DNA of 64,000 bases. Origin: Leptogorgia sarmentosa (Eukaryota). The translations under genes were made by a program, and so were the position numbers. Under the pieces are notes generated by a model. That model was not told where the DNA came from. It did not search any database and saw only the letters and a list, made by a program, of their open reading frames with translations. Below are positions 20,601 through 32,632 of the stretch, piece by piece (the stretch's first letter is position 1; the number at the start of each line of letters is the position of its first letter). The stretch spans positions 25,110,001 through 25,174,000 of the forward strand of contig OZ210885.1 in assembly GCA_964658305.1 (NCBI GenBank). The letters are read 5' to 3'.

Positions 20601-22791
20601 AGAAAATGCTCCTAGGTTTGGTGTAGATTTTGACTATGATGTTGTTTCATTCATTGATAAAGTAATCACATGTGAAAAACCAGTTGAAAATCCAGAGTTA
20701 CTTGCACTTGTAAATAGACAGGTTCATTGCCATTCTCACACTTGTCGAAAGAAATCAAAAACTGTATGCCGCTTTAATTACCCACAACCACCAATGAAGT
20801 CAACAACAATTCTATATCCATTAGATACTGATATAAATAATAATGAACTAGAACAACACAAAAATGATTGGAAGTTTATTAAACAACATCTGAATGATAT
20901 GAAAGAGGGCGAGGACATTACATTTGATCAGTTATTGATAAACTTGAAACTGACAGAACAAAATTATTTGCTAGCTATTCGATCCAGTCTGAACACACCA
21001 ACTATATTCTTAAAAAGACAACCAAATGAATTAAGAATCAACAATTATAATGCAGCATGTCTTAGTGCATGGCGAGCTAACATGGACATTCAATTTGTAC
21101 TTGATGTTTATGCATGTGCACTATACATTGTATCGTATATATCCAAGGCACAAAAAGGTATGAGCGAGCTTTTAAGATCTGCTTGTGAAGAAGCAAGAGC
21201 AGGAAACTCCAATATTAAGCAACAAGTAAGAGACATTGGAAACAAGTTTTTGAACAATGTTGAAATAAGTGCACAAGAAGCAGTCTATATTGTACTGCAA
21301 CTTCCTATGAGAAAATCATCTCGCCAGGTAGTCGTTGTAAACACTTCACCTCCTGAGGAAAGAGTTCAGTTACTAAAGCCATTGAAAGAAATAAATCATA
21401 TGGAAGATGATTCCAATGAGGTTTATAAGGTTAAAAAGCGTTATACAAAACGACCAGCCAAACTTGAAAATTTATCTCTTACTGATTGGGCTGCCTGGTA
21501 TGACTGTTCTGGTAAGCCATATATCAAACCAACCAATGAACTAGATAGTGATAGCTATCCTGTGGAGACAAATATGGATGATAATGATGATGATGATGAT
21601 AATGACGACAAGGAAGAAAGAGAATATGAACTAAAAAATAAGAAAAGATCTAAAGCTAGGATTATTCGAAGTGTATGTTTCAATAAGGAAGTTGATTCTG
21701 AGAAACACTACTGTGAACTGATCATGCTATTTACATCATGGAGAAATGAAACAACTGATTTAATAAAAAACTGTTCTTCCTATCAAGAGCATTTTTTAAA
21801 ACTTAAAACTACAATTGATCAACAAATGAAACAGTATGCTATTTGTAGTGAAGACCTTGATGATATCCAAGAACAGCTTGATAATATGGAAGATAACACT
21901 GACAACTATGATTTAGTTGCCCCAGGAACACAAAATGTTGAGCGTCAAGATGAGTCTGAAGGTACACTAGATCTTCATCCACAACTAAATCCAAACTATG
22001 ATCTTTCTGGTGATCTTGGAATTCCTTCAACAGCATCCAATACTGAACAACTAATATTACATGAAGAACAGGATGATGTTTATAGAACTATGGTACAAAA
22101 GCTCAACAAAGAACAAAACGAATTTTTTTATCATGTCTTACATCTAATCAAAACTTCTGACAATCCTTTCTATTCTTTTCTGAGTGGAGGAGCTGGAGTT
22201 GGGAAATATATACCAAGCAGCTTTGAAATATTATAATACTTATACCAAGCAGCTTTGAAATATTATAATACTAGAGCCGGTGATGATTTTCATCAAGTCA
22301 AAATTTTACTGCTTGCACCAACTGGTAAAGCAGCTTTTAACATTAAAGGCAACACAATTCATAATGCATTTGCTATACCAGCATCTCAGTCCTTAAAAAA
22401 TTATAAAGGACTTGACTCAAGTAGACTAAACACTTTGAGGTGTCAGTTTGGTGGTTTAAAGCTAATATTTTTGGATGAGATATCCATGGTTGGTAGTACA
22501 ATGTTTAATGTTCAGATCAATAATAGATTAAAAGACATCAAGGGGAGTAAAGATGACTTTGGGGGTGTAAGCATAGTTGCATTTGGTGATTTATTTCAAC
22601 TTCCCCCAGTAATGGATAGGTATATATTTAAGAGTCTAGACAACTCAGAATATGCAATTCTTGCTCCCAATAAATGGGAAGAATACTTTAATATGTTTGA
22701 ACTCGAAGAAATAATGCGACAGAGAGAAAGCAAGGTTTTTGCTGAAATACTAAACAGACTGAGGGAAGGAAACCATACAAAAGAAGATATT
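14671..22791 (+). repeat. Tandem segmental duplication of about 4.06 kb (14671-18718 and 18728-22791)
   Basis: Near-identical copies at offset 4057, including the MULE right TIR+TSD (15860 and 19917); 9-bp filler ATAGAAGAA at 18719-18727. Confidence 0.93.
15870..18718 (+). pseudogene. Helentron Rep and N-terminal half of the PIF1 helicase, copy 1 (frameshifts, stop, truncated)
   Basis: [14 protein letters not shown] (HUH), [17 protein letters not shown]; +2 frameshift near 16277; TGA at 17612-17614. Confidence 0.9.
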
Positions 22792-24249
22792 CTGAAACTA
22801 AAAGAAAGGATAATAGATGGAAATAGAATACAAGAGCCAATGCATGCCCCTCATTTGTTCATACAAAATCAGAAAGTCAACGAATTCAATGAAAAGGTCC
22901 ATAATGCTGCAACTGGAGAAAAGGTTTCCATAAAAGCAGTGGACAGTGTCATAGGGGCAAACTCTTCTCAGCTTCGAGATAAAATTTTGAGTCAAATACC
23001 TGATGATCCACGAAAAACAAAACAAATTGCTTCGAACCTTCGTCTGTCAGTTGGAGAAAGAACTGAAATAGCATTAAATGTACGTACTGATGATGGCATG
23101 ACAAATGGTGCTGGGAATATTGTCAAGAAGATACAATTAAATCAAAGAGATAAACCATCAGGTATAATATGGGTACAGTTTGACCATTCAGATGTAGGTG
23201 AGAAAACCAGGCATGAAAATAGAAATCTTTATGGTCAAGGTATTCAGTCAACATGGACTCCAATAAAACCAATTACCACTCAATTTGGTGTGGGCAAGAA
23301 TCAAAGTGCACAAGTTGTAAGAAAACAGTTTCCACTTAGACCTGCTGCAGCAAAGACAATTCATCGTTCTCAAGGTGACACTGAACAAAAAATTGTGGTG
23401 AACTTTAACACAAGAAGAGCTTTACCTCATATACATTATGTTGGTTTGAGCAGGGTAACAACAATTGAAGGCCTATACATCACTGATCTTTGTGAAGAAA
23501 AGATAGCTATAAGTCCTCATGTTGTCGCTGAAATGCAAGCCTTGAGAAATGAACGTGCACTGAAACTTAGTGTTATTCCTATTTATAAGACAGATCAAGT
23601 CTCATTCAAGTTGTGCTACCTGAATACCCGTTCACTGCACAAACATATTAATGATGTTCGACATGATCTCAACTTCACAAACACTGACATCAATATATTT
23701 TCTGAAACACGAATTATGAACTCTGATGATGATAGTATGTATGCTATTGATGGTTACACCTTGTTCAGAAATGACAGTCACTCTTCAACTTCTAGACCTT
23801 TTGGAGGCATGGCTGTTTTCAGCAGAGTTGAATTCTTACCTGGATATCCACATTGTCATAATGTAAATGGAATTGAAATAACTATTATGAAAGTCATGAT
23901 TCTTCCACATGTTAGCATCATAGGTATATATCGATCACCCAGAATTCCTGTTCAGCAACTCTTAAATGCATTGAATGATGTTCTTATGTTACGTACTTCA
24001 CAGTTCAATATTTTCATAGGTGATTTTAACATAAATTGGTTGGATGAAGCCAATCGAAGACCTTTATATAATTTCTTTATCAATGGCAATAACTATAGAC
24101 AGTTGGTGTGCAGTGTCACTACAGATAATCAGACATTAATAGATCATATTTTCACAAATTTACCAGAATCACAAGCTAACTCGCACATTTTAGAAACATA
24201 TTTCTCAGATCATAAGGCAGTATGTGCACTCGTTAATTGCTTTCATTGA
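19927..24249 (+). pseudogene. Helentron Rep-PIF1 helicase-APE endonuclease, copy 2
   Basis: ORFs 20182-22236 and 22255-24249; Rep motifs; Walker A/B (GGAGVGK, FLDEISM), TIHRSQG; APE LNTRSL..SET..GDFN..IDH..SDH; 13-bp duplication frameshift near 20151-20175 and stop at 22234. Confidence 0.92.
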
Positions 24250-25431
24250 AGCAATCTGTAGCCTTACATAGGAATGTATACAGCAGTCTACATATAGTAT
24301 TTACATTTGGAAGTTATGATGATAATCTACTAATATAATCTGGATTATATAATATTAAGATATTAGAATTTGGAGAAATGCTCCCCTTGGCATTCACCTT
24401 GGTATATGCCACTAAATGCCCATAACACAAACACCAGGTAAGCTATTGTCAATATGAACTTTCTTTAGTTATTAAGTGCTAATAAACACGGTTTCCTTTG
24501 TAGGTCAGAACAAGAACCATCAACAAATATACTACATGATCTGGATCACCTCAACTTCCACGTTCATATTCACAAGACCAGACGTACTACATAAGAAGAA
24601 AACGTATGTTATTTCAAGGCAATCTGATTCATGGCAGACATAGTCACACTATACCATTATACTATCTATTGGACTTCCTCTCATATGTCATGGCAATGTT
24701 TATATTCAATGGATCTGGTACACTCTATGCTATTCCATACTTTATACATTGACTGTCCAAGAACAATATTACATGGAATGCGCCTGATTTTCCAAGTACA
24801 ATATTTCCTGCAAATATCACCTATGGACTCATATATTTATTTGGAATAAATTCTTCATTTGGATGGTCGTTCAACTCTTGCTGTCACTTTTCCTGAATCA
24901 AATACCTCGCTATAAACAGTGGAAACATTATTTCCAATATAATTGGTATGCTGTGTTATATACTTTATGCATTTCTGCCAAGAACTATTACGTCTATTAC
25001 CACAGACTTTCAACCATCATCAGTTTATCAATACAAATACCACCTACATGCAGACTAACTTGCAATGATTCAACAGCTGATTTAAATTGTTTTACTTCAA
25101 CCCTGGAATACCTAAGCTATGTTTTTAAAAATTATTTATAAAACTAAGCTATGTATATCGCAACATGTGATATCCTTACAATATGTCTACTTCTCAACAT
25201 GTATGCATTGCCTTCTCACATGCCTCACTACTGTAAGTAATGAGCTGTATCAACTTGTCAAAGCAAATCATTAGATTATTTAAAATGTTTATGTTATGAT
25301 GTCTACAACTTATTTATATAACCGTTTTTTCCCACCTGAACTGTATATTTATCATATATCCTCTGTGCTTTTGGCATGTCCGATTGTAGCCTGTGCTCCA
25401 GTCCACTCATTACGGGGGAGTGGACTGGACC

Positions 25432-28400
25432 CAGCGCTTCCACTTTGAAGGAAATTTCCTTTTGAACGGAAATTTTCGAAGAATGAAGGAAATTTGAAGG
25501 AAATAAATTTTGAGGGAAATATGAAGGAAATTTTGGAAGAACAAAGGAAATTCGAAGGAAAATGTAAAATATCGCGAAAATTAACGACATTCAGTATATT
25601 TTCAGAAATAAACGTGAAATGAGCCTCAATCTGATTAGAATTTAAACAAAAGTAGAAATTGTAGAATCTATATTCAGTGATCTTGCTAGAAAAAGCCCCC
25701 AAACCATAGAATTTATTAATTTAGTCTGAAGACTGGGGCTGATACTTCATGTAGTGTCAATATTATGAAAATAATTGCATAAATCATTATTCCTTCCACG
25801 CTTCATCAATTATAAACTGTGTTCGTTCTAACAATTAAAAACAAAGTGATTCTTCGGATTTTCCTTACGGACAAAAAAAATGTGAAAATAAACACGCAAG
25901 CATTACAGCACGGCATTATGGCTTGACCGAGCGAATTTTCAAAAAGTAAGACATGGATAGCGACGATTTATTGTCTTCCGAAAATAGTGACCTGGATGAG
26001 GTAGAAAGCTATGGCCGAATGGGCGAAAAAGCAACAACGTCAACGACAATGTCTAGAAAACGTAAATGTCCACCTCGGGATCAACCCTTTATGGACAATT
26101 GGCTAACGATTCCCGAGTTTAAAGGTTGGCTAGTGAAGAAACTGCACAGTAAAAAAATGAAACCGTATTGTAGCCTTTGTGAGAAAGTACTGACCTGCTC
26201 GAAAACTGGAATCAAACGCCATGAAATTAGTAAACGGCACCAAGATAAGGCCAAAACAACAAAAACAACGACCACACTCCGCCAAGTGTTCAATCAAGTG
26301 TTCAATCAAATGACAACTGATGATGCGACAACCACTATAGAATTAAAACTGTGTGCATTCATTGCACAGCACTATCTCCCATTGTCCCTTTCTGACGACA
26401 TGGTTGAATTGCTTCGATCCCTTTTTCCTAATGATGCCACACTAAAAAGAGTCAAACTTGGAAAACAGAAAGCGACGAACATTGTCCGTCAAGTTCTTGG
26501 ATTTGACTATTTGAAGGAATTGGTTTCGTTGTTGCGTAGTCGCTTTTTTAGCGTGATTATCGATGAAGCCACCGACCAAAGCACTAAAAAGCAGCTTGCG
26601 ATTGTTGCCACCTTCTTTGATATGGAGAGATTCGAAATGCAATACTGGTTGGTCGACATGCTGGAAACGGATGATGGAAGTGCAAAGGGCATTTACTCTA
26701 AGATGAAAGAGGCATTTAGCAACATGAATATTCCAATGAGTAACATCATTGGTTACTCGTCTGACACAACCAACGTTATGTTTGGACAGTACAACTCAGT
26801 CGTACAGCTCCTAAAATCTGAATTTAGCTACGTTCAAGCAGTAAAATGTTCTTGCCATTTGATCCATCTGGTATCCTCTCACGCAGCATCCAAATTACCG
26901 AAAAGCGTCGAAGATCTGTGCAGAGATGTATATGCACATTTTCATCGTTCTTCGAAAAGGCAGGATGTTTATCGAGAATTCCAGGCTTTTTACGGTACTG
27001 AGCCACTTAAGCTGTTATCTCCTGCACAAACACGTTGGCTTTCCTTACAAGAATGCGTAAATCGTATCCTTGAGCAATACGTTGCCTTGAAGAATTATTT
27101 TATCTTAACAGCAAATGAAGATCCGTCGCACACCAACGACCGTATTTTGGCATCGCTTCAAAATCCTTTCTTTCAAGCTTATTTGGAATTTCTTAGTTTC
27201 CAGCTTGAACGATTCAACGCCTTCAATCGGCTATTTCAGAGTGAAAGACCACTCCTTCACAATTTAAAAATTGAGGTGGAGGGTCTTTTGAAAGCAATTG
27301 CTAGCGACTTCATGAAGCTCTCAATTGTGAAGAAGACGAAAGCAGAAGATTTGGATCCAACAGACGTTCAACAACACGTCCCTCTACGCCAGACGTATCT
27401 TGGAATGGGAGCCACGACTTCTCTTCGTGAGATCGAAGCCAGTGCACAAGAAGAGGAGGTCAACAAGTTCTTAACAACCTGCAAAGACTTTCTCATTGAA
27501 AGCATACTGCAGATCAAAAGCAAGTTTGATTTAAACGCGGAATACCACGACATAGTGCAATGCCTTCATCCTTCCAACGCTGCTAATCTCAACCCTCGTT
27601 CACTGGCAATCATTTGCCAGAAGCTGCCTTATCTGAGCAACGCGGTTGACACAAACAACCTGGATGTAGAATGGAGATTACACGCACTGGATGAGAAAGT
27701 CAGCGAAGATCTTCCCTTCAATGAGTACTGGTTAGCCATACGTAATGCCAAAATACCAACAGGAGAAGCCAAGTACCCCAATCTCATCAAATTCATCACC
27801 ATTCTTTTCTCTTTGCCCTTCGCTAATGCTGCAGTGGAAAGAGTTTTCAGCCAGTTAAAATTAGTGAAAACAGATCACAGAAACTCGTTGAAGTCGACAT
27901 CTTTGGTCTCATTGCTCCAAAGTAAAATGAGCTTGAAAAATCGGCACGTTACTGCAGCTAGCTTGAAGCCTAGCAAGGACGTCTTGCAACTTGCCAAAGA
28001 TATGCAATCCAATGCTACTGAGAATCAAGTGATAGAGCTAAGAAAGGACTTTCTTAGCAAACTCTCTTGATTACGTGCGTCAAGATAAATACACTTTTTC
28101 TGTCCGCCCAGTAAAGGATAATAAACTCACTATTTACTGAAAAGGAATTTTGGTCTCATGAAAACACAGTATCGTGGACTCATTCATGTAGCTAACTACT
28201 AGCCACGCAGTATTTCAGTTTGTGTTGCATTTTCCAAACAACAGAAAAGTTTCATATTTTTCAAAAATATCATGTTTTGTTATGTTCATATTGATTATTG
28301 TAATTCTTACTGGAGATATAAGGTAATTCCAATGACGTCATTCTGTTTGTTGGTCTTTGGTTTGTCTAGCTTATTGGCAGGGAAGTAAAGTCATAGTCTG

Positions 28401-28610
28401 TCTTTAATGGGCAGTGATAAAATCATAAAATTAAATTGAACATCCACATGAATATTCTGCTCAGGTAAGACTACTTTGGAGAATATTCAACATGATTTCA
28501 TTAAATTATTCGAAGGAAATTTGAAGGAAATTTCACAATTTTTTGAAGGAAATTTTCGTCAAAATAAGGAGAAAAAAAGGATTTTTCGGTTTTTGAAAGT
28601 GGAAGCACTG
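25432..28610 (+). mobile_element. hAT DNA transposon, full length
   Basis: TIRs CAGCGCTTCCACTTT / AAAGTGGAAGCACTG; 8-bp TSD ACTGGACC (25424-25431, 28611-28618); subterminal GAAGGAAA repeats at both ends. Confidence 0.95.
25953..28070 (+). CDS. hAT transposase, intact, 705 aa
   Basis: N-terminal CxxC..H..H finger; IIDEATD, SSDTT, CSCH, TRWLS, C-terminal dimerisation ANAAVERVFS. Confidence 0.92.
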   Translation: MDSDDLLSSENSDLDEVESYGRMGEKATTSTTMSRKRKCPPRDQPFMDNWLTIPEFKGWLVKKLHSKKMKPYCSLCEKVLTCSKTGIKRHEISKRHQDKAKTTKTTTTLRQVFNQVFNQMTTDDATTTIELKLCAFIAQHYLPLSLSDDMVELLRSLFPNDATLKRVKLGKQKATNIVRQVLGFDYLKELVSLLRSRFFSVIIDEATDQSTKKQLAIVATFFDMERFEMQYWLVDMLETDDGSAKGIYSKMKEAFSNMNIPMSNIIGYSSDTTNVMFGQYNSVVQLLKSEFSYVQAVKCSCHLIHLVSSHAASKLPKSVEDLCRDVYAHFHRSSKRQDVYREFQAFYGTEPLKLLSPAQTRWLSLQECVNRILEQYVALKNYFILTANEDPSHTNDRILASLQNPFFQAYLEFLSFQLERFNAFNRLFQSERPLLHNLKIEVEGLLKAIASDFMKLSIVKKTKAEDLDPTDVQQHVPLRQTYLGMGATTSLREIEASAQEEEVNKFLTTCKDFLIESILQIKSKFDLNAEYHDIVQCLHPSNAANLNPRSLAIICQKLPYLSNAVDTNNLDVEWRLHALDEKVSEDLPFNEYWLAIRNAKIPTGEAKYPNLIKFITILFSLPFANAAVERVFSQLKLVKTDHRNSLKSTSLVSLLQSKMSLKNRHVTAASLKPSKDVLQLAKDMQSNATENQVIELRKDFLSKLS

Positions 28611-28730
28611 ACTGGACCACAGGCTAGTCCACATCTCATTTTGCTTCACAATTCGCAGATACATGTGCGCTTTGCGAACCTATTTTTCTTATTGTTACAC
28701 GTTTAAAAAGTCTAACTTCCATCAAGAAAT

Positions 28731-28849
28731 GTCTACAACCATACCAGTAGGAAAATACCGGTTCTCGTCTGATCACCGAAGTTAAGCCTAGGTGGGTGAA
28801 GTTAGTACATGGATGGGTGACCACATGGGAACAATTCGTGTCGTAGAAT
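28731..28849 (+). rRNA. 5S rRNA-like copy (divergent, probably pseudogene)
   Basis: GTCTACAACCATACC...TCTCGTCTGATCACCGAAGTTAAGC...GTTAGTACATGGATGGGTGACC...GTCGTAGA; no immediate oligo-T terminator. Confidence 0.75.
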
Positions 28850-29052
28850 GGCTGCATTTTATTGTATGTGTGTTTATAAACAGCTTTGCTTTCAATGTAA
28901 ATTTCAGGGATTTTGTTATTGCTACATCTGTGAATACTTCGTATCGTTGTTCTGCTAAAGTTTATTGTATGTGTGTTTGTAAATATCATTGCTTTCAATT
29001 CCAGCGTTTGTTATTGTTACCCGTTTAAAAAGTGTAACTTCCATAATCGGAT

Positions 29053-29127
29053 GTCTACGACCATACCAGTAGGAAAATATCGGTTCTCGTCTGATCACCA
29101 AAGGTTGGTTGTAATGGTTGGTGGATG
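29053..29127 (+). pseudogene. Truncated 5S rRNA copy
   Basis: GTCTACGACCATACCAGTAGG...CTGATCACC, then diverges; shares about 40 bp of upstream flank with the first copy. Confidence 0.7.
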
Positions 29128-29174
29128 TTTCCCCCCCCCCCCTCCCCCACTTTTTGGGACGGATTGACGCGCTT

Positions 29175-29210
29175 GCCGCCATGGCCCGGGTTCGATTCCC
29201 GAAGTTGGAA
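29175..29210 (+). pseudogene. tRNA-Glu 3' fragment
   Basis: CCGCCATGGCCCGGGTTCGATTCCC; downstream flank matches that of the tRNA-Glu at 31209. Confidence 0.55.
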
Positions 29211-29296
29211 TTTTTTCCGAAAATTTCAATTTGAAGCAGCTTGTGGTCACATTCTCAAACTCGTTCTCTGAAACCAACCCATTTTAACAGCGCTAC

Positions 29297-29369
29297 GACC
29301 TCATGGCGCAATTGGTAGCGCATCTGACTCCAGATCAGAAGGTAAAGTGTTCAATTCACTTCAAAGTCA
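29297..29369 (+). tRNA. tRNA-Trp(CCA), diverged
   Basis: GACCTCATGGCGCAATTGGTAGCGC..CTCCAGA; mismatches in T and acceptor stems. Confidence 0.7.
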
Positions 29370-29471
29370 ACTTAAGTCTTCTGGCCACACGCTGTCTCTC
29401 AAATTTTTTTTCCAAATTCAAATTAAAAATATTATCGTTATTTTCACATTCCGAGAAAAGAGAAATGTTTC

Positions 29472-29543
29472 TCCTGTGTGGTCCAGTGGTCAGGATCTGG
29501 CGCTCTCACCGCCAAGGCCCGGGTTCAATTCCCGGCATGGGAA
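29472..29543 (+). tRNA. tRNA-Glu(CTC)
   Basis: TCCTGTGTGGTCCAGTGGTCAGGAT..CTCTCAC..GGTTCAATTCCC..GGGAA. Confidence 0.8.
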
Positions 29544-30179
29544 TAATACTTGTGAAAGAAGGGGGGAAAATGCAATTTGAAAAATTAGCAAAACCATTGC
29601 TATTATACTAGCTCTATCCCCCTTACCAATTCTTCTGGTATTTTGCGTATTTAAAGAGAGGTTACATTCCCTTTTGCGCATGTGCTAGCTTTGTTTACGT
29701 CGGAGACTCAGACGGATGTGTCAGTATTATTCTCGGTCTAGTCTCACTTCCGGCAATAATAAAGGTGCGTTTGTTTTAATTGAGGAGTGAGCATATTATT
29801 TAAATCGGTGTAATCAGTGTCGTATGTCAGTGAGGAATTTTACATCTTTCAGGCACAGGCTAGTGAAATTGTTTGGGAGAAATTGTTTTGAGTAAAACAT
29901 GGCCAGTCTAAAGTTTATTTGTTTGATTGTTTTGCTGATGGAGATTGTTGAAGGAAGAACGCAATTTGAGGACGGACAGAGATGTCGCCAACATGCTTCT
30001 CAACGAATATATGGCCAGAAATGTTGAAGTTTGGTACATAGTAAAGTACGAAACAGTAAAAATTAACTTACATTACATTAAGAATCAAACATTTGACTGT
30101 TTCGTTAACTGCATACCTTGCAACCAATCACAAAAAGGAAATGGATGAATTGTTGTTCACGATGAATACTTATTGATAC

Positions 30180-30253
30180 AGCCTCATCAGAGAATTGAAC
30201 TCTGGACCCCTGGTTTTACGAAACCAGTGCTCTAACCACTGAGCTAATGAGGC
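30180..30253 (-). tRNA. tRNA-Thr(CGT), extra base in the anticodon loop (likely pseudogene)
   Basis: Reverse complement GCCTCATTAGCTCAGTGGTTAGAGCACTGGTTTCGTAAAACCAG...GAGGC. Confidence 0.7.
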
Positions 30254-30392
30254 AACTCAAAAGCTTGCTGTAGAATTATATTACTTTCGCATCCTGCACT
30301 GATGTGATGTTTCAAAATGGTAAAAATAAGAGTGAAGATTATGCACTTGTTTTCATTCTTTGTAAAACGTTAACATTTAGTCTTTGATATAA

Positions 30393-30633
30393 TATTTCAT
30401 AAACAAGGGCGAGCGTTTTAACAGGGTTTCCAAACACGCGAGAATAATTGAATTAACGAGACTGTTCATCAAGCGATTTTTATTGTTCTCGGGAGTTTTT
30501 ATTTTATGTCTTGAGTGTTTTACATACTCGAGAGAACAATAAAGAAAATCGCGCAGTGAACAGTCGAGTTAATTCAATTTTTCTCAAGTGTTTGAAGACC
30601 CAGATAAAACACGAGTCATAAGTTTATGAAATA
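30393..30633. repeat. Imperfect palindromic (foldback/MITE-like) element, about 240 bp
   Basis: TATTTCATAAAC...GTTTATGAAATA ends with about 100-bp imperfect inverted arms. Confidence 0.65.
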
Positions 30634-31054
30634 ACTTCTCAGGCAAAACAATAGTCTATTATTGTGGAATTCCCTAATTAGTTTTCATTGCTCTGGCTGT
30701 TTTTATAATTTAGAAATGTTGTAATGCACTCTTTTTGCTGTGTAAGCATTTATTATCTAATTTCTTAATTATTAAATCAATTGTTGGTTTATTACTTGGG
30801 TTTCACAACTCATGCACGTGACGAAATGTGTGTTTTGACAAAACACACATTTCAAATGACACTCTTAGTGTTCTCTGTATTTAAGTCTTTGTTGACATGA
30901 TCTTGCTTTTCCACAAAAAAATTGATTTTGCTGATCATGTTTAAAGTGCAACAATTTCCTAGAATTTACTCTGATTTATTATTTGAAGGTGTTTGGTGCA
31001 AACGTTTGGAATCTTGTCGAATATGAACATTATAACGAAAAAATTGGGCAACTT

Positions 31055-31125
31055 GCGTTGGTGGTTCAGTGGTAGAATTCTCGCCTGCCACAAGGCAGAC
31101 CGGGATTCGATTCCCCGCTAACGCA
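31055..31125 (+). tRNA. tRNA-Gly(GCC), diverged
   Basis: GCGTTGGTGGTTCAGTGGTAGAATTCTCGCCTGCCAC...TTCGATTCC..AACGCA. Confidence 0.78.
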
Positions 31126-31208
31126 GATTATTTTCATTTTGTTGCATTTCAACTGCAAAACGGAAACAAACTGGCTTTCTAACACAGGAATAGTAAACAA
31201 GTTATCAC

Positions 31209-31279
31209 TCCCATGTGGTCTAGTGGTTAGGATCTGGTGTTTTCACCGCCATGGACGGGTTTGATTCCCGGCGTGGGAA
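31209..31279 (+). tRNA. tRNA-Glu(TTC), diverged
   Basis: TCCCATGTGGTCTAGTGGTTAGGAT..TTTTCAC..GGGAA followed by a T-run. Confidence 0.72.
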
Positions 31280-31365
31280 TTTTTTCTGATAATTTCAATT
31301 TGAAGCAGCTTGTATTCACATTCTCAAACTCCTTCTCTGAAACTAAACCATTGTAACAGCGCTAC

Positions 31366-31432
31366 AACCTTGTGGCGCAATTGGTAGTGCGTCTGACTCC
31401 AGATCAGAAGGTTAACTGTTCACTTCAAGGTG
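31366..31432 (+). pseudogene. tRNA-Trp(CCA) pseudogene
   Basis: 5' half and anticodon arm intact; T arm partly deleted. Confidence 0.65.
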
Positions 31433-31773
31433 AAGCACTTGCGGCCACGCTAACTGAAGATAATTTTTGCTTTGCATAGCGCGGCCGCCATGTTTGTTTT
31501 GTTTTGTTGAAAACTGTTGCTTGAGCTCTAATTTGATTGGTTCGAAGTAATAACATAAAATTACACTGTGATTTGGGATTAACTGCACAGAAATGAGCCA
31601 ACCACAGTCGAGTAATACTTTCATTTATATTATCAAGGAAGAAACACCCAAAAGAATCCATTTTATTCCCAAGCAACCTTGGGCCCACGTCCCACGCTGT
31701 CACCTCAGAGTGTAGGTCAGTTGTAGGTGTGAATGTTTAGTTCAACAACGCGAAAGCTGTTGGTTGTAGCAAG

Positions 31774-31855
31774 GTAGTCGTGGCCGAGCGGTTAAGGCGA
31801 CAGACTAGAAATCTGTTGGGAGTTTCCCGCGCAGGTTCAAATCCTGCCGACTACG
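31774..31855 (+). tRNA. tRNA-Ser(AGA)
   Basis: 82 nt, GTAGTCGTGGCCGAGCGGTTAAGGC..CTAGAAA..long variable arm..CGACTACG. Confidence 0.88.
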
Positions 31856-32166
31856 TTATGCAAAGTCTTCAACATTTTGGCCTCGAATGTAAACATGATT
31901 TTTTGGGGGGAAAAACTCGATGAGAGGAAGTTCTGTTCTCGGTGGTGGTGGCTGAGTGGCTGAGTGTCTAAAGTGACAGATTCAATGCCCAAGTTTTCCA
32001 TCTACAAAATCAACGGAAAGAAGTCGCGTTTTTTATTGTATTAAGGTTATGAAACATGGCAAGAAAAATTGGTATTTGAATATAAAATTGAAAAAACAGA
32101 AGTTCGGGAATTGATTATAGTTGCGTTTGAAAGTATATGTACGTAATTAACCTAGTAGAGTACACA

Positions 32167-32238
32167 GGGAGTGTAGCTCAGTGGTAGAGCATTCGACTGC
32201 AGATCGAGAGGTCAGTGGTTCAAATCTGCCCGCTCCTT
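32167..32238 (+). tRNA. tRNA-Cys(GCA)
   Basis: GGGAGTGTAGCTCAGTGGTAGAGCATTCGACTGCAGATCGA... Confidence 0.8.
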
Positions 32239-32448
32239 CTTAACATACCTATAAACTGGAAAACTTTCAAAGTCTTTAAAGCGGGCTGATGGGAAATATG
32301 CGACCCAAAAGGTTGAGATGCAAATACTGCGATTCGTGTTTAATCTATCAACAATACTTGAAAACGATTACTAAAATATTTTGTTGGATTTTACTGGCAG
32401 ATTTGAAAATTTATTCAGTTCGAAGTGCAAGCGAAGGTCAATGGCAAT

Positions 32449-32530
32449 GTAGTTGTGGCCGAGTGGTTAAGGCAACAGACTTGAAATCTGTTGGGAAATT
32501 CCCGCGCAGGTTCAAATCCTGCCGACTACG
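32449..32530 (+). tRNA. tRNA-Ser(TGA)
   Basis: 82 nt; anticodon loop CTTGAAA. Confidence 0.85.
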
Positions 32531-32632
32531 GAACAGCAAATTTCCAGAATGTATTTGGCAAAATTTTGGTGTTATAGCATGCAATAAGGAGAAAAAAAAG
32601 AAAAGTTATAAAAGGAAGTTGTCTAAGAAAAG

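Larger units (their letters stand above)
150..24249 (+). mobile_element. Helentron (endonuclease-encoding Helitron-like element), disrupted by a nested MULE and a tandem duplication; termini not identified
   Basis: Collinear domains: OTU, Cys-rich region, HUH Rep, PIF1 helicase, APE endonuclease. The reading frame rejoins across the MULE (AYPGIFL|GQKRPENV). Confidence 0.9.
25387..28626. repeat. Small (about 53-bp) palindromic element TAGCCTGTG...CACAGGCTA, split by the hAT
   Basis: The empty site reconstructs as TAGCCTGTGCTCCAGTCCACTC-ATTACGGGG-GAGTGGACTGGACCACAGGCTA. Confidence 0.75.

Noticed and set aside
24250..25386. Helentron 3' terminus or an extra gene
   Set aside because: No convincing subterminal repeat, hairpin or recognisable coding motif.
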